From NCBI GenBank assembly GCA_036518395.1, contig DATDNH010000094.1:7366-71365 (forward strand): a DNA stretch of 64,000 bases, in the 5' to 3' direction. The notes under the pieces were generated by a model. It saw only the letters and a program-made list of their open reading frames with translations, did not search any database and had not been told where the DNA came from. Source of the DNA: Candidatus Angelobacter sp. (lineage in GTDB: Bacteria; Acidobacteriota; Terriglobia; Terriglobales; Acidobacteriaceae). This document shows, one piece after another, positions 55,169 through 63,404 of this stretch (position 1 is its first letter; every line of letters begins with the position of its first letter). Both the position numbers and the translations under genes were made by a program.

Positions 55169-55522
55169 TCAATCACCTCCGAAGAATTTTTGATGTTCTG
55201 TTTGGGCAGGATTGAAGTGCGTCAGGAAAACGGTCGTGTCAGCCAGCAGGGCGGAATCTTTCCCTTGGACGCGAGTGCGTTCCAGCAGCGCCGTCGTATG
55301 GATCGCTCCTGATGGATCCATGATCGAGTCTCCGATGTCGCCAATAGTCGACCTTACACCACACCTTGGGCACAACGTGGCCGCGTTCCTAAAATCAAAG
55401 AAAAGCGATTCTCGCACTCTGCCATTAGCATTTTGCGATGTCAACATATTTTCACAATTGTTCCGAAAACGGAACAAAAATGGTAATTTCCCAATGATTT
55501 GAACGAGCTGCGTACCGGACAT
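55169..55522 (-). CDS. unresolved: either a small ORF (weak TOBE/Mop-like resemblance) or the untranslated modA leader
   Basis: 117-codon open frame ending between the modA SD and start. FRNAA...SGAIHTTALLE...VQGKDSALLADTTVFL only loosely fits the SARN...G.eV.a.iKa TOBE pattern. The region is AT-richer than its neighbours. Confidence 0.3.
   Translation of the reverse strand: MSGTQLVQIIGKLPFLFRFRNNCENMLTSQNANGRVRESLFFDFRNAATLCPRCGVRSTIGDIGDSIMDPSGAIHTTALLERTRVQGKDSALLADTTVFLTHFNPAQTEHQKFFGGD
55460..55475. promoter_or_regulatory. perfect palindrome GTTCCG-AAAA-CGGAAC upstream of modA
   Basis: Read directly from the sequence. Lies about 290 nt upstream of the modA start, inside the questionable ORF. 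Function unknown. Confidence 0.4.
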
Positions 55523-55663
55523 TAGAGTTTTTTAATAGCAATCTTTTCTGAAAACAGGACAGGTTTTAAGCGGCATGAGCCAGAGCGAGCGGCCGGACAC
55601 GTTGGTACATGACCTTCCGGACATGATCATGCTTGTGATCGGAGACCCTTCGATGGGGAGCCC

Positions 55664-56002
55664 CTAAAATCGGACAAGAATCAAAAAAAGGGCAATCGCC
55701 ATCAGCGCAAACCCCGCATATTGCGACCAGCTCAGGTTCTCTCCCAGATGCAGTTTCGCAATCAATGTTACAAACAATACGCCCGAACCGAGGTGCATAG
55801 CGGCCATTTGCGCCCCGGAGAAGACGTCACGCCCCCAACGCACCGAGAAGACGTTCAGGAGATACTCCGGCAGCACCAGGAACCAACTCACCGCCAGGGC
55901 GACAAGAAAACTCCAGGACCTGAACCTGAGATGCCCGATCCAGGCAAAAGACATGAGGAGTCCGGCGGCAAGCAGCATGAGGGGGACAAAAACGGTTTTC
56001 AT
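55664..56002 (-). CDS. DMT-superfamily small membrane protein (DUF486-like)
   Basis: 112 aa with 4 TM helices. WIGHLRF and PEYLL motifs typical of DUF486. Confidence 0.75.
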   Translation of the reverse strand: MKTVFVPLMLLAAGLLMSFAWIGHLRFRSWSFLVALAVSWFLVLPEYLLNVFSVRWGRDVFSGAQMAAMHLGSGVLFVTLIAKLHLGENLSWSQYAGFALMAIALFLILVRF

Positions 56003-56217
56003 GCGCTCACATGTAGCACCATTTTGGGATGGGGCAGCAACTGTGTTGCTAATTTACAAAAACCGGACAAGCGAAGCCCTGCGAGGGGGAATGAGAGATC
56101 AAGAAGCGGAGTTCGTGCTCAAGGCGACTGATCTCCTAAGCAGAGCACTAAAGACGGCTGCGGCCAAAGGAGATAAATTGAATCAGTGTTTCCTCAGCGG
56201 TAAGGTTCGATTTCCCG

Positions 56218-56547
56218 TCACTTAAACTCAAATTTCACTTCGATAAGGCTTTCGCGATCGGCAGGTTCGTAGCGCCATTTCTTCACCGCGTCTACTAATG
56301 CCGCCACCAGAACCGGATGGCCGCCCAACTCCTTCACCGTCACAACCCTGCCTTCGGGCGCAACGGTCAGCAAAACGCGGGCGATGCCGTGCAGGTTCAT
56401 TTTTTTCGCCAATTCCGGATAATCAGGCGGCGCGCTCAACTTGACTTTGCGGCTTGCGGTTTGCGTTTGGCCCGCCTGGAAGCAAGCGGCTGGGACCGCT
56501 GAGACGATGAGCAAAAGAGCAATGGCCGCCCTCACGCTCGCCATCAT
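56218..56547 (-). CDS. secreted TonB C-terminal domain protein
   Basis: Start placed at the ATGATG at 56547 (AGGAAGG upstream). Signal peptide, then PPDYPELAKKMNLHGIARVLLTVAPEGRV, typical of TonB_C. Confidence 0.7.
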   Translation of the reverse strand: MMASVRAAIALLLIVSAVPAACFQAGQTQTASRKVKLSAPPDYPELAKKMNLHGIARVLLTVAPEGRVVTVKELGGHPVLVAALVDAVKKWRYEPADRESLIEVKFEFK

Positions 56548-56686
56548 CCTTCCTATTTTGGGCCGTCTTTCCAAAGTTCCTCCCGGGAAACGGACTCCAT
56601 CGTACTCTCCGGGATACAGCAAAAAGAAGCTCACCAAAGGCCAGCATAATACTGGGCCGTTCGTCACCCGGCGCCTGTTGGATATT

Positions 56687-56730
56687 TCCCGATATCGGGA
56701 CCACAAATGGTCCTGTTTCGGAAAACAGGA
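56687..56730. promoter_or_regulatory. two adjacent perfect palindromes TCCCGATATCGGGA and TCCTGTTT-cgga-AAACAGGA
   Basis: Read directly from the sequence. Lie in the 400-nt divergent spacer between the TonB_C gene and the TonB-dependent receptor gene. Confidence 0.45.
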
Positions 56731-56948
56731 ATTTTCCCAAAACAGTAAGTGCTGGATACCTAAGTAACTTTGCGATGAACCAAGAGGTTGGCATAATCTC
56801 CTCGCTTGTCATTTGCTTTTGATCCGCCCATGGCGGCTCCCCATCGAACAAATCGCTTGCACAATTATCAGGATTGATTCGGCGTGTGCCTGCGCTGGCA
56901 AAAGAAGCTCATTGGAACGCCCACGCCGGTCGAGAAGGAAGTTACGCG

Positions 56949-59822
56949 ATGCCAACAAAATTGTTTTCTCAGGGGAGAGTTCTTTGGGCGGCAGTTTTAC
57001 TGCTCTGCCTGTCTGGGTATTTCGCTCACGCGCAATCCGATGCGGGCGCGGGCGCGCTGCGTGGAGTGGTGCACAGCGCGGATGGGCAACCCGTGGCGAA
57101 CGCCGCGGTCACTGTGCGGAATGCGGAAACTGGCTATGTCCGCGAACTACACAGCGACAGCGCCGGCCAGTTTGATGCCCAAGCTCTTCCTGTAGGCATG
57201 TACTTCGTCCGTGCAACGGCCGGGGAACTGAATACAGAAGAGGTCGCGGGCCTGGTAACCGTCGGGCGTACCCACATCATGGAATTGATTATCAAGCCGG
57301 GTGCGCTGACGAGCACGGCGGAATCTGCGCAGACTATCACCATGAGCATGACTACGGAGAGTCCGATCGATACGCGGGATGCTTCGACTTCGTCCAGTGT
57401 TTATCTCAGGGCCATCACCCAGGCGCCCATCCGTGGCCGCTCTTTTCCCGATTTTGTGCAGATGACTCCGGACATTTTTCAGGAGTCTGACAGAAATGGC
57501 CTCGTGATCTCCGGCCAGCGTTCCATCAATTCCTATGTTGCGCTGGACGGCGCAGATTTCAATGATCCCCTGCAGGGCAATCAGCGCGGCGGCAACGATC
57601 CCGTGTTTTTCTTTCCACTTTCGGCCGTGCGGGAATTTCAGGTGATTCGCAGCGGCGCCGACGCTGAAGTGGGCAGGACCAATGCAGGTTTTGTGAACGC
57701 CGTGACCAAGTCTGGAACCAACGATTGGCATGGAGATGCGTTTTACATGAACCGTAATTCATCCCTGACCTCGCCTGACGCCTTTGGCAATCTGGCCATG
57801 AATTCGCAGCACCAGTTCGGGGGTTCCCTGGGCGGACCCATCAGGAAAGACCGAACCTTCTTCTTCTTCGCGGGCGAACAGAATTTTCTCGACCTGCCGT
57901 TTACAGTGCAGTTCCAGCCGCAGCCGGCCGGAGTCACGCTGCCTGCGAGTCTAAGCAGCCTGCAAGGCGAGAAAGAGGGCACGAACGACACCACTTCCCT
58001 CTTCGCGCGCTTCGACCACTCTCTGACGGCCAAGCACATGATGAATGTTGACTTCCTCTACGCCGCAGTGGACGCAGAAAACTTCGGCTTGGTGCCGCGC
58101 ACGAATGACACCGCTGAGTCGGTCAACTTCGACCGCCAGGGATCAAGCGCAGCCATGAGGGCAAGCCTGGTATCGGCGTTCAGTTCTACTTTGCTCAACG
58201 AGCTTCGCGGACAGATCGCGACTGATCACAGATTTGAACAACCCAATGCAGTTTCGCCCATGATCGTCATAACGGGCGTAGGCACCATAGGAAGCGAAGT
58301 AACGCATCCCCGTCTTTTTGACAACATTCGCTATGAGCTGACAGACATTGTGAGCCTTACCAAAGGCCGCCACTCTCTTCGCTTCGGAGTAGACACGAAT
58401 GTGACGCCTTCAAGGCAGCAACGCGAGCAGCTCATGGCGGGACGGTACGATTTCAAATCACTGGCAGATTTTATTGCCGGCAAGATTTCCCGATACCGCG
58501 GCACAATCGATACCAGCGGCAATCCTGACAGTTTGATCTACGATGCCACGCAACAAGAGCTGGGATTGTTCGTGCAGGACAGATTCCTGCTGACAAAAAA
58601 CCTGATGGTCAATGCAGGCATGCGTTGGGACGGAGAGTGGAACCCGCAGCCTACCAGTCCTAATCCGGCGTTCCCGCAGACGCAAAGCATCCCCAACGAT
58701 CTGGCCATGTGGCAACCTCGCCTGGGCCTTTCCTGGGATCCCAGAGGACACGGAAACCTTGTAATCCGCGCTTCCGCCGGGCTCTACGATGCGCGCACTC
58801 CTGCCAACCTGTTCCAGCGCGCATTCACTGATAACGGACTGGTGACGCAGATACTCGACAGCAAATTCGATAAGAACGTTCTGAAGTTTGTAACTTTTCC
58901 CAATACCCTGACTTTCATTCCCACCGGGGTGAATCCGGCTCCGCAGAAAGTAGTGGGCTTTTCGCCTGACTTCCATAATCCGCGGTCGTTTCAGGCCAGC
59001 GCAAGTGTAGAAACCGTTTTTGCCGACTCCTGGACTTTTTCCGGCGGCTATACGCGAAACTCAACCTGGGGACTCCAGCGCCGGCTCGACCACAATCTTT
59101 TCCCGGCAACATTTGATGCCACCGGCATGCCGATCTTTCCGCTGGTGCGTCCTAATCCTTCCATTGGGCCGCTCTCGATCAATGACTCGGAAGCTCATTC
59201 AACCTACGACGCCTTTGATTTTGTGCTGAACAAGCGTTTGAGCCATCACCTGCAATTCCAGGCGGGCTATACGCTGGCATGGAACCGCGACGATGAATCC
59301 GGCGAACGCGTTTTCAATCGCGAACCCGCGCTCGATCCCCTGCTGCCTGAACTTGAGGCCGGTCCTTCCAAAAACGATGTCCGAAACAATTTCCGGTTCA
59401 GCGGCATTCTGGACCTGCCGCGTGGTTTCACCATCAGCGCGATTACCCTTCTGCGCTCTGCGGCCCCATTCACGCCGGTCATCGGCTTTGACACACAGAA
59501 CGACGGCAATGACGACAATGACCGCGCAATCATCAATGGGCAGGTGGCCGGCCGCAACAGCATGCGCGGAGCGGCATTCGGCGATCTGGATATGCGGATT
59601 TCCAAATCCTTCCATGTAAAAGAACGGGCGAGCCTGGAAACTTTCGCCGAGTTCTTTAACGTCACTCACAACAGCAACCGAGGCTACGGCCCAGACTCCG
59701 TGAGTTTGTTTGGGACCCCAACCGCTCCAAATCCGACGGCTGGCCAGGCACTCTTTGCGCCGCTCACCACCAGATTTGGCGGCCCGCGGCAAGTGCAGTT
59801 AGGAGCCCGCTTCGTATTCTAG
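56949..59822 (+). CDS. TonB-dependent receptor-like outer membrane protein with an N-terminal CarboxypepD_reg domain
   Basis: Signal peptide ending AHAQ. LRGVVHSADGQPVANAAVTVRNAETGY is the carboxypeptidase-regulatory fold. Long beta-barrel ending in GARFVF. Confidence 0.85.
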   Translation: MPTKLFSQGRVLWAAVLLLCLSGYFAHAQSDAGAGALRGVVHSADGQPVANAAVTVRNAETGYVRELHSDSAGQFDAQALPVGMYFVRATAGELNTEEVAGLVTVGRTHIMELIIKPGALTSTAESAQTITMSMTTESPIDTRDASTSSSVYLRAITQAPIRGRSFPDFVQMTPDIFQESDRNGLVISGQRSINSYVALDGADFNDPLQGNQRGGNDPVFFFPLSAVREFQVIRSGADAEVGRTNAGFVNAVTKSGTNDWHGDAFYMNRNSSLTSPDAFGNLAMNSQHQFGGSLGGPIRKDRTFFFFAGEQNFLDLPFTVQFQPQPAGVTLPASLSSLQGEKEGTNDTTSLFARFDHSLTAKHMMNVDFLYAAVDAENFGLVPRTNDTAESVNFDRQGSSAAMRASLVSAFSSTLLNELRGQIATDHRFEQPNAVSPMIVITGVGTIGSEVTHPRLFDNIRYELTDIVSLTKGRHSLRFGVDTNVTPSRQQREQLMAGRYDFKSLADFIAGKISRYRGTIDTSGNPDSLIYDATQQELGLFVQDRFLLTKNLMVNAGMRWDGEWNPQPTSPNPAFPQTQSIPNDLAMWQPRLGLSWDPRGHGNLVIRASAGLYDARTPANLFQRAFTDNGLVTQILDSKFDKNVLKFVTFPNTLTFIPTGVNPAPQKVVGFSPDFHNPRSFQASASVETVFADSWTFSGGYTRNSTWGLQRRLDHNLFPATFDATGMPIFPLVRPNPSIGPLSINDSEAHSTYDAFDFVLNKRLSHHLQFQAGYTLAWNRDDESGERVFNREPALDPLLPELEAGPSKNDVRNNFRFSGILDLPRGFTISAITLLRSAAPFTPVIGFDTQNDGNDDNDRAIINGQVAGRNSMRGAAFGDLDMRISKSFHVKERASLETFAEFFNVTHNSNRGYGPDSVSLFGTPTAPNPTAGQALFAPLTTRFGGPRQVQLGARFVF

Positions 59823-59905
59823 CTGGAGCTTTAAAAGCCAATATCTGATTTGCACAAGGAAATTCTTCGCATTGCCTGTGGCGGTGCGGACAAGGAGATG
59901 TTTTC

Positions 59906-61312
59906 ATGAGAACAAAAATGTCGTTCTTCACCGGAACAATTGCTATGACAATTATGCTTGTCCTGGCGGTCTCCGGGGTTTACGCGCAATCCGCAAATGT
60001 ATGGACAGCGGAGAGCGTTCCGTCCCAGTCACACATTACAGGCGGGCCCTGGACTCTGGAACAGACGGGCGCAAGCAACGCGGCGCCGTCCGCAGGTTAC
60101 TGTGTGAACGGCGTGCCACGCCCCAATCCCGGCACAGAACGCATGGCGCCGTATTACTTCCCGTTTGTTACCGGTTCGGGAAAGAACCTGCGAGGCATCT
60201 TCGATTATCGTCCACGCAGCAACAATGAAGCTGTGGTTGCCGCTTCTTCCACCGATGGAGGGCTGACGTGGCATTTCGAACAGGAAGCACTGGAACTTCA
60301 TCGCGGCATATGCCCGGCGAGCGATGCCGTAACGCTGGGCAATGATGCTGGCCTGGGTCACTCTTACGTGTTGAAAGTGAACGGGCAGACCTTCCTCTAC
60401 AATCTGGATCGCACTCCTGCGAACCTTGATGTGGCTGGATTTGTAGTTCACATATTGACGCCTCAACCGGGTGCTCCTCTCAATCCTGCTCCCGCAGATA
60501 TCGACGTTCCCCAGCGGACCACCGGCCTGCTAAACCCCGACGGTATTTTGGGCGAGGTCCCCGGCGTCTCTCCTAAAACCATTCTCTATGTACAGAAACA
60601 GTTGGGCGCGGACAACACTGATGGAACGGCTTTGCCGGCAGCGCAACAGTGCGGCAAGCCGGTAATATTCAAAGAGCCCGCTGCCAGCCATGACATTGTT
60701 CATATTCGCCTCGCCAGCACTGAGGATGGCATCAACTTCACCGACCTTGGCGCCGTGGAGGGACTGAACGACATCACGGGCGTTGCGCCGACAGACATCC
60801 GTTATATTGGCGCGCGCGGAACTGTTTTGCTTTTCCCCGACCATCGCTGGGGCCTGTTGTTTTCCGGCGGCAATTGCCTGGACGGCGATTCGGATGGATT
60901 TCATTTCATCGGCTATGCCGAATCTGATGACCTGCAACACTGGACCGTCATTAACGGAATTCAGAATCCCATCGCCTCGATCGCGCCACTGACGGTCACA
61001 TTCAATGGCTCTCCTGTCACGGTTCCCGCCACTCAGCCCATCGTCGGCAGCACGCAGGGCTGGTTTGAAGGCCGCGCATATGGTCCTTCGTTTACGCTGG
61101 ACGGGGATCATGGTGGCGTGATGAGTTTTGCCGGATATCATACGCCGCGTCCGCAGGATAATTTTGGCGATTACCGCAACATAGGGCGCGTGGTATTGCA
61201 CAGCTCACGTCCTATTCTCGGCGTCAGCAATGGAGGAGATGACGACGAGGACCAGGACGGTGATCATCAAGGTCGCGATGAGGAACGCGGCCACGATAAA
61301 GACAACCACTAA
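59906..61312 (+). CDS. secreted beta-propeller-like protein with an Asp-box and an acidic/His-rich tail
   Basis: Signal peptide ending VYAQ. SSTDGGLTWHF fits the SxDxGxTW Asp-box, and STEDGINF is a second weaker copy. Tail GGDDDEDQDGDHQGRDEERGHDKDNH. A terminator follows. Confidence 0.6.
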   Translation: MRTKMSFFTGTIAMTIMLVLAVSGVYAQSANVWTAESVPSQSHITGGPWTLEQTGASNAAPSAGYCVNGVPRPNPGTERMAPYYFPFVTGSGKNLRGIFDYRPRSNNEAVVAASSTDGGLTWHFEQEALELHRGICPASDAVTLGNDAGLGHSYVLKVNGQTFLYNLDRTPANLDVAGFVVHILTPQPGAPLNPAPADIDVPQRTTGLLNPDGILGEVPGVSPKTILYVQKQLGADNTDGTALPAAQQCGKPVIFKEPAASHDIVHIRLASTEDGINFTDLGAVEGLNDITGVAPTDIRYIGARGTVLLFPDHRWGLLFSGGNCLDGDSDGFHFIGYAESDDLQHWTVINGIQNPIASIAPLTVTFNGSPVTVPATQPIVGSTQGWFEGRAYGPSFTLDGDHGGVMSFAGYHTPRPQDNFGDYRNIGRVVLHSSRPILGVSNGGDDDEDQDGDHQGRDEERGHDKDNH

Positions 61313-61333
61313 TATACCTGTGCTGTTCCGAAC

Positions 61334-61365
61334 AGGGCCGGCACCGTCCCCGGCCCTATTTTCTT
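61334..61365 (+). terminator. rho-independent terminator of the beta-propeller gene
   Basis: agggccgg-caccgtcc-ccggccct followed by ATTTTCTT. Confidence 0.8.
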
Positions 61366-61398
61366 AGATCTTGAATTAAAGCTCCGTTGTACCCCGCA

Positions 61399-61944
61399 CT
61401 AGGGCTTGATTTGCACGCGTGTGCCTACCGGAACCAGACTCCAGATTTCTTCGATTTCGCTGTCTGTGACAGCGATGCATCCCCATGTCCAGTCGTACTG
61501 GCGGTGCAGCGCGCCCAGATACGCATATTCCGGCGGAAGGCCATGAATCATGACGTCACCGCCGGGGGAGACTCCGAGCTTGCGCGCGCGTGCGCGGTCC
61601 ACCGCATTGGGATAAGAGATGTGCAGCGCGAGATGGTAATGGCTGTGCGCATTTTTGGAGTCGATCACGTAATCACCCTCAGGAGTCTTGTGGTCACCGC
61701 GCTGCTTCTTCGCGCCCACGGGAGCGCTTCCCAATGCGATCTGGTAAGTCTTGAGAACCCGATCACCCTTCATAAGCATCATGGTGCGGCTGGATTTTGT
61801 GACCAGGATCCTGTCTGCCATTTCCGGAGCGGTGCTTTTGCGGTGCGTTGCCCCGGCTGCCGGCGAAGTCGTGGAAAACACGCATAGAGCGACGACTCCT
61901 ACGATGACATACATCTGTTTCAGCTTTTTTCTAATCATCCCCAC
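61399..61944 (-). CDS. L,D-transpeptidase (YkuD) family protein
   Basis: Signal peptide. Catalytic region HGLPPE...DWTWGCIAVTDSEIEEIW. Confidence 0.9.
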   Translation of the reverse strand: MGMIRKKLKQMYVIVGVVALCVFSTTSPAAGATHRKSTAPEMADRILVTKSSRTMMLMKGDRVLKTYQIALGSAPVGAKKQRGDHKTPEGDYVIDSKNAHSHYHLALHISYPNAVDRARARKLGVSPGGDVMIHGLPPEYAYLGALHRQYDWTWGCIAVTDSEIEEIWSLVPVGTRVQIKP

Positions 61945-62039
61945 CTCGCGAAAAGCAGTTACAAGCCAGAAATAAATCGAGGTTGAGAAACGGTTGTCAT
62001 GGACAGGTAAAAGGATTGTCAGAAAAATGTGACTTAAAA

Positions 62040-62067
62040 TCAGGAGCCAGAATCAGAAGTCAGAGGA
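62040..62067. repeat. heptamer array (tcaggag ccagaat cagaagt cagagga), inverted copy of the CTTCTGR family
   Basis: tcaggagccagaa is the exact reverse complement of part of 22927-22954. Confidence 0.75.
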
Positions 62068-62202
62068 AAGAGCAGATTCTTCTCCCGCCCGTTTTCCAAG
62101 CTTTCAATTCCGCCACATCGAACACAACGGGCGGGGACACGGAGTGACAATCGTGAAAAGGCCAGAGTCCGGTTTGGATTCTGGCCTGTTCTTTGTGAGC
62201 AG

Positions 62203-62237
62203 TTGCTAACTGCCAATTGCTAATTGCCAATTGCTGG
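62203..62237. repeat. heptamer array (ttgctaa ctgccaa ttgctaa ttgccaa ttgctgg)
   Basis: Third locus of the TTGCYAA family. Lies immediately 3' of the lipoprotein gene. Confidence 0.9.
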
Positions 62238-62239
62238 CT

Positions 62240-63055
62240 TTATTGTGGATTTGTGTTTGTGCTGGGCGCTGGAACAGTCGCAGTCATTGAAGGTTCCTGC
62301 TTGATCTTCACTGTCGCCATGATGCGCTCCAGCTTGTCGAAGACCTCCGGCTGCTCGAATGTTTTCGCGCTGACGTGCGAGTCTTCCACACCGAGAGCAA
62401 ACTCGTAGCAGGTGCCGCTCGTTCCATCACTGGCGGGCTCGAAGTGATGGTAATACTTAACGTCTTCCTGCTCAGTCGAGTTCTCCACCCTGGAGAAATC
62501 GACACCATGAATGCTGGTCTTGGATGGCATGGATCCGTCGTGCGAGTCCACCGGCGAGTTGCCTGCCATGTCGGAAGGGTCCGGCACTGAGAATTGCTGG
62601 CATTGCTGATAGCTCAGGCCCTTATGCGCGCTCACGTTAAAGAACGAACTTGATCCAGTGCCGGGCAACTCGAGTGTTGCCATAGTCACTCCACCGGGCT
62701 GGACAAAATTGGTGGGCACCGGCTCTGGAAAGATGGACTGCTCATCATCCCTGGACGTGATCAGGTTGAATTCGCTTGGGAAACGGAAGGAGACGCCGTA
62801 GGTGCTGCTGCTGTAAGCCACCGTGCGCGCTCTCCGGTTTACGGATTTCTTTTTGGCTGTCACCGCAGGCTTGTCGGTGGTTGTCACCGCCGAAGTTGTG
62901 GTTACCGGATCCTTGGGGATGCTGGAAGATTCCTGCTTCGCCTGGCTGCTCACTTTCTTGCCTTTGTCACCGGAGCATCCGGACAGACCGAGCATGGTGC
63001 CAACCAGCACCAGCACCGCAGTGATCGTGATTACCGTGATGCCGATGCTGCGCAT
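62240..63055 (-). CDS. hypothetical lipoprotein
   Basis: Start placed at MRSIGITV. Lipobox LGLSGC. Ser/Thr/Lys-rich linker. No family recognised. Confidence 0.55.
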   Translation of the reverse strand: MRSIGITVITITAVLVLVGTMLGLSGCSGDKGKKVSSQAKQESSSIPKDPVTTTSAVTTTDKPAVTAKKKSVNRRARTVAYSSSTYGVSFRFPSEFNLITSRDDEQSIFPEPVPTNFVQPGGVTMATLELPGTGSSSFFNVSAHKGLSYQQCQQFSVPDPSDMAGNSPVDSHDGSMPSKTSIHGVDFSRVENSTEQEDVKYYHHFEPASDGTSGTCYEFALGVEDSHVSAKTFEQPEVFDKLERIMATVKIKQEPSMTATVPAPSTNTNPQ

Positions 63056-63320
63056 GATCTCAAGCACACCAGAGCCCAGGGTCCTGCTGTTTGAATGGAT
63101 AGATTTCGTTTGCATGATTGATTCACCTCCGCTGCTTGTGCAGCACCATAACCAATGGCATGACAGAAGCCATTCGGAAGGATGTTGATTTTTCAGGACT
63201 TATGCAGCGGCTCAGATAACAACAACGTGGCATGCAGATGACACTGTGGACGCAAACACACAGAATTTACGCGAGTTGGGCAAATTAACCCTGAAGAAGA
63301 GGAGTAGCGCGTGTGGGTTT

Positions 63321-63350
63321 CAGATCACGGCGATCACGCGCGATCACGCC
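63321..63350. repeat. decamer array (cagatcacgg cgatcacgcg cgatcacgcc)
   Basis: Read directly from the sequence. Lies upstream of the beta-lactamase-family gene. Confidence 0.8.
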
Positions 63351-63404
63351 GATTCCTTGCGCCCTTCTGTTATCCTTTTTCGTCTTCCCAAAGGAACCGA
63401 ACCA

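Noticed and set aside
55169-55660. Possible Moco riboswitch upstream of modA.
   Set aside because: I reverse-complemented the leader and looked for the conserved Moco-motif elements I remember, but could not identify them with any confidence. It stays an open question in the findings rather than a called feature. An Rfam or Infernal scan would decide.
50125-62237. Heptamer and decamer arrays considered as CRISPR-like arrays.
   Set aside because: The units are only 7-10 nt and directly abut each other with no spacers. The arrays are only 20-40 nt long, and no cas genes are present.
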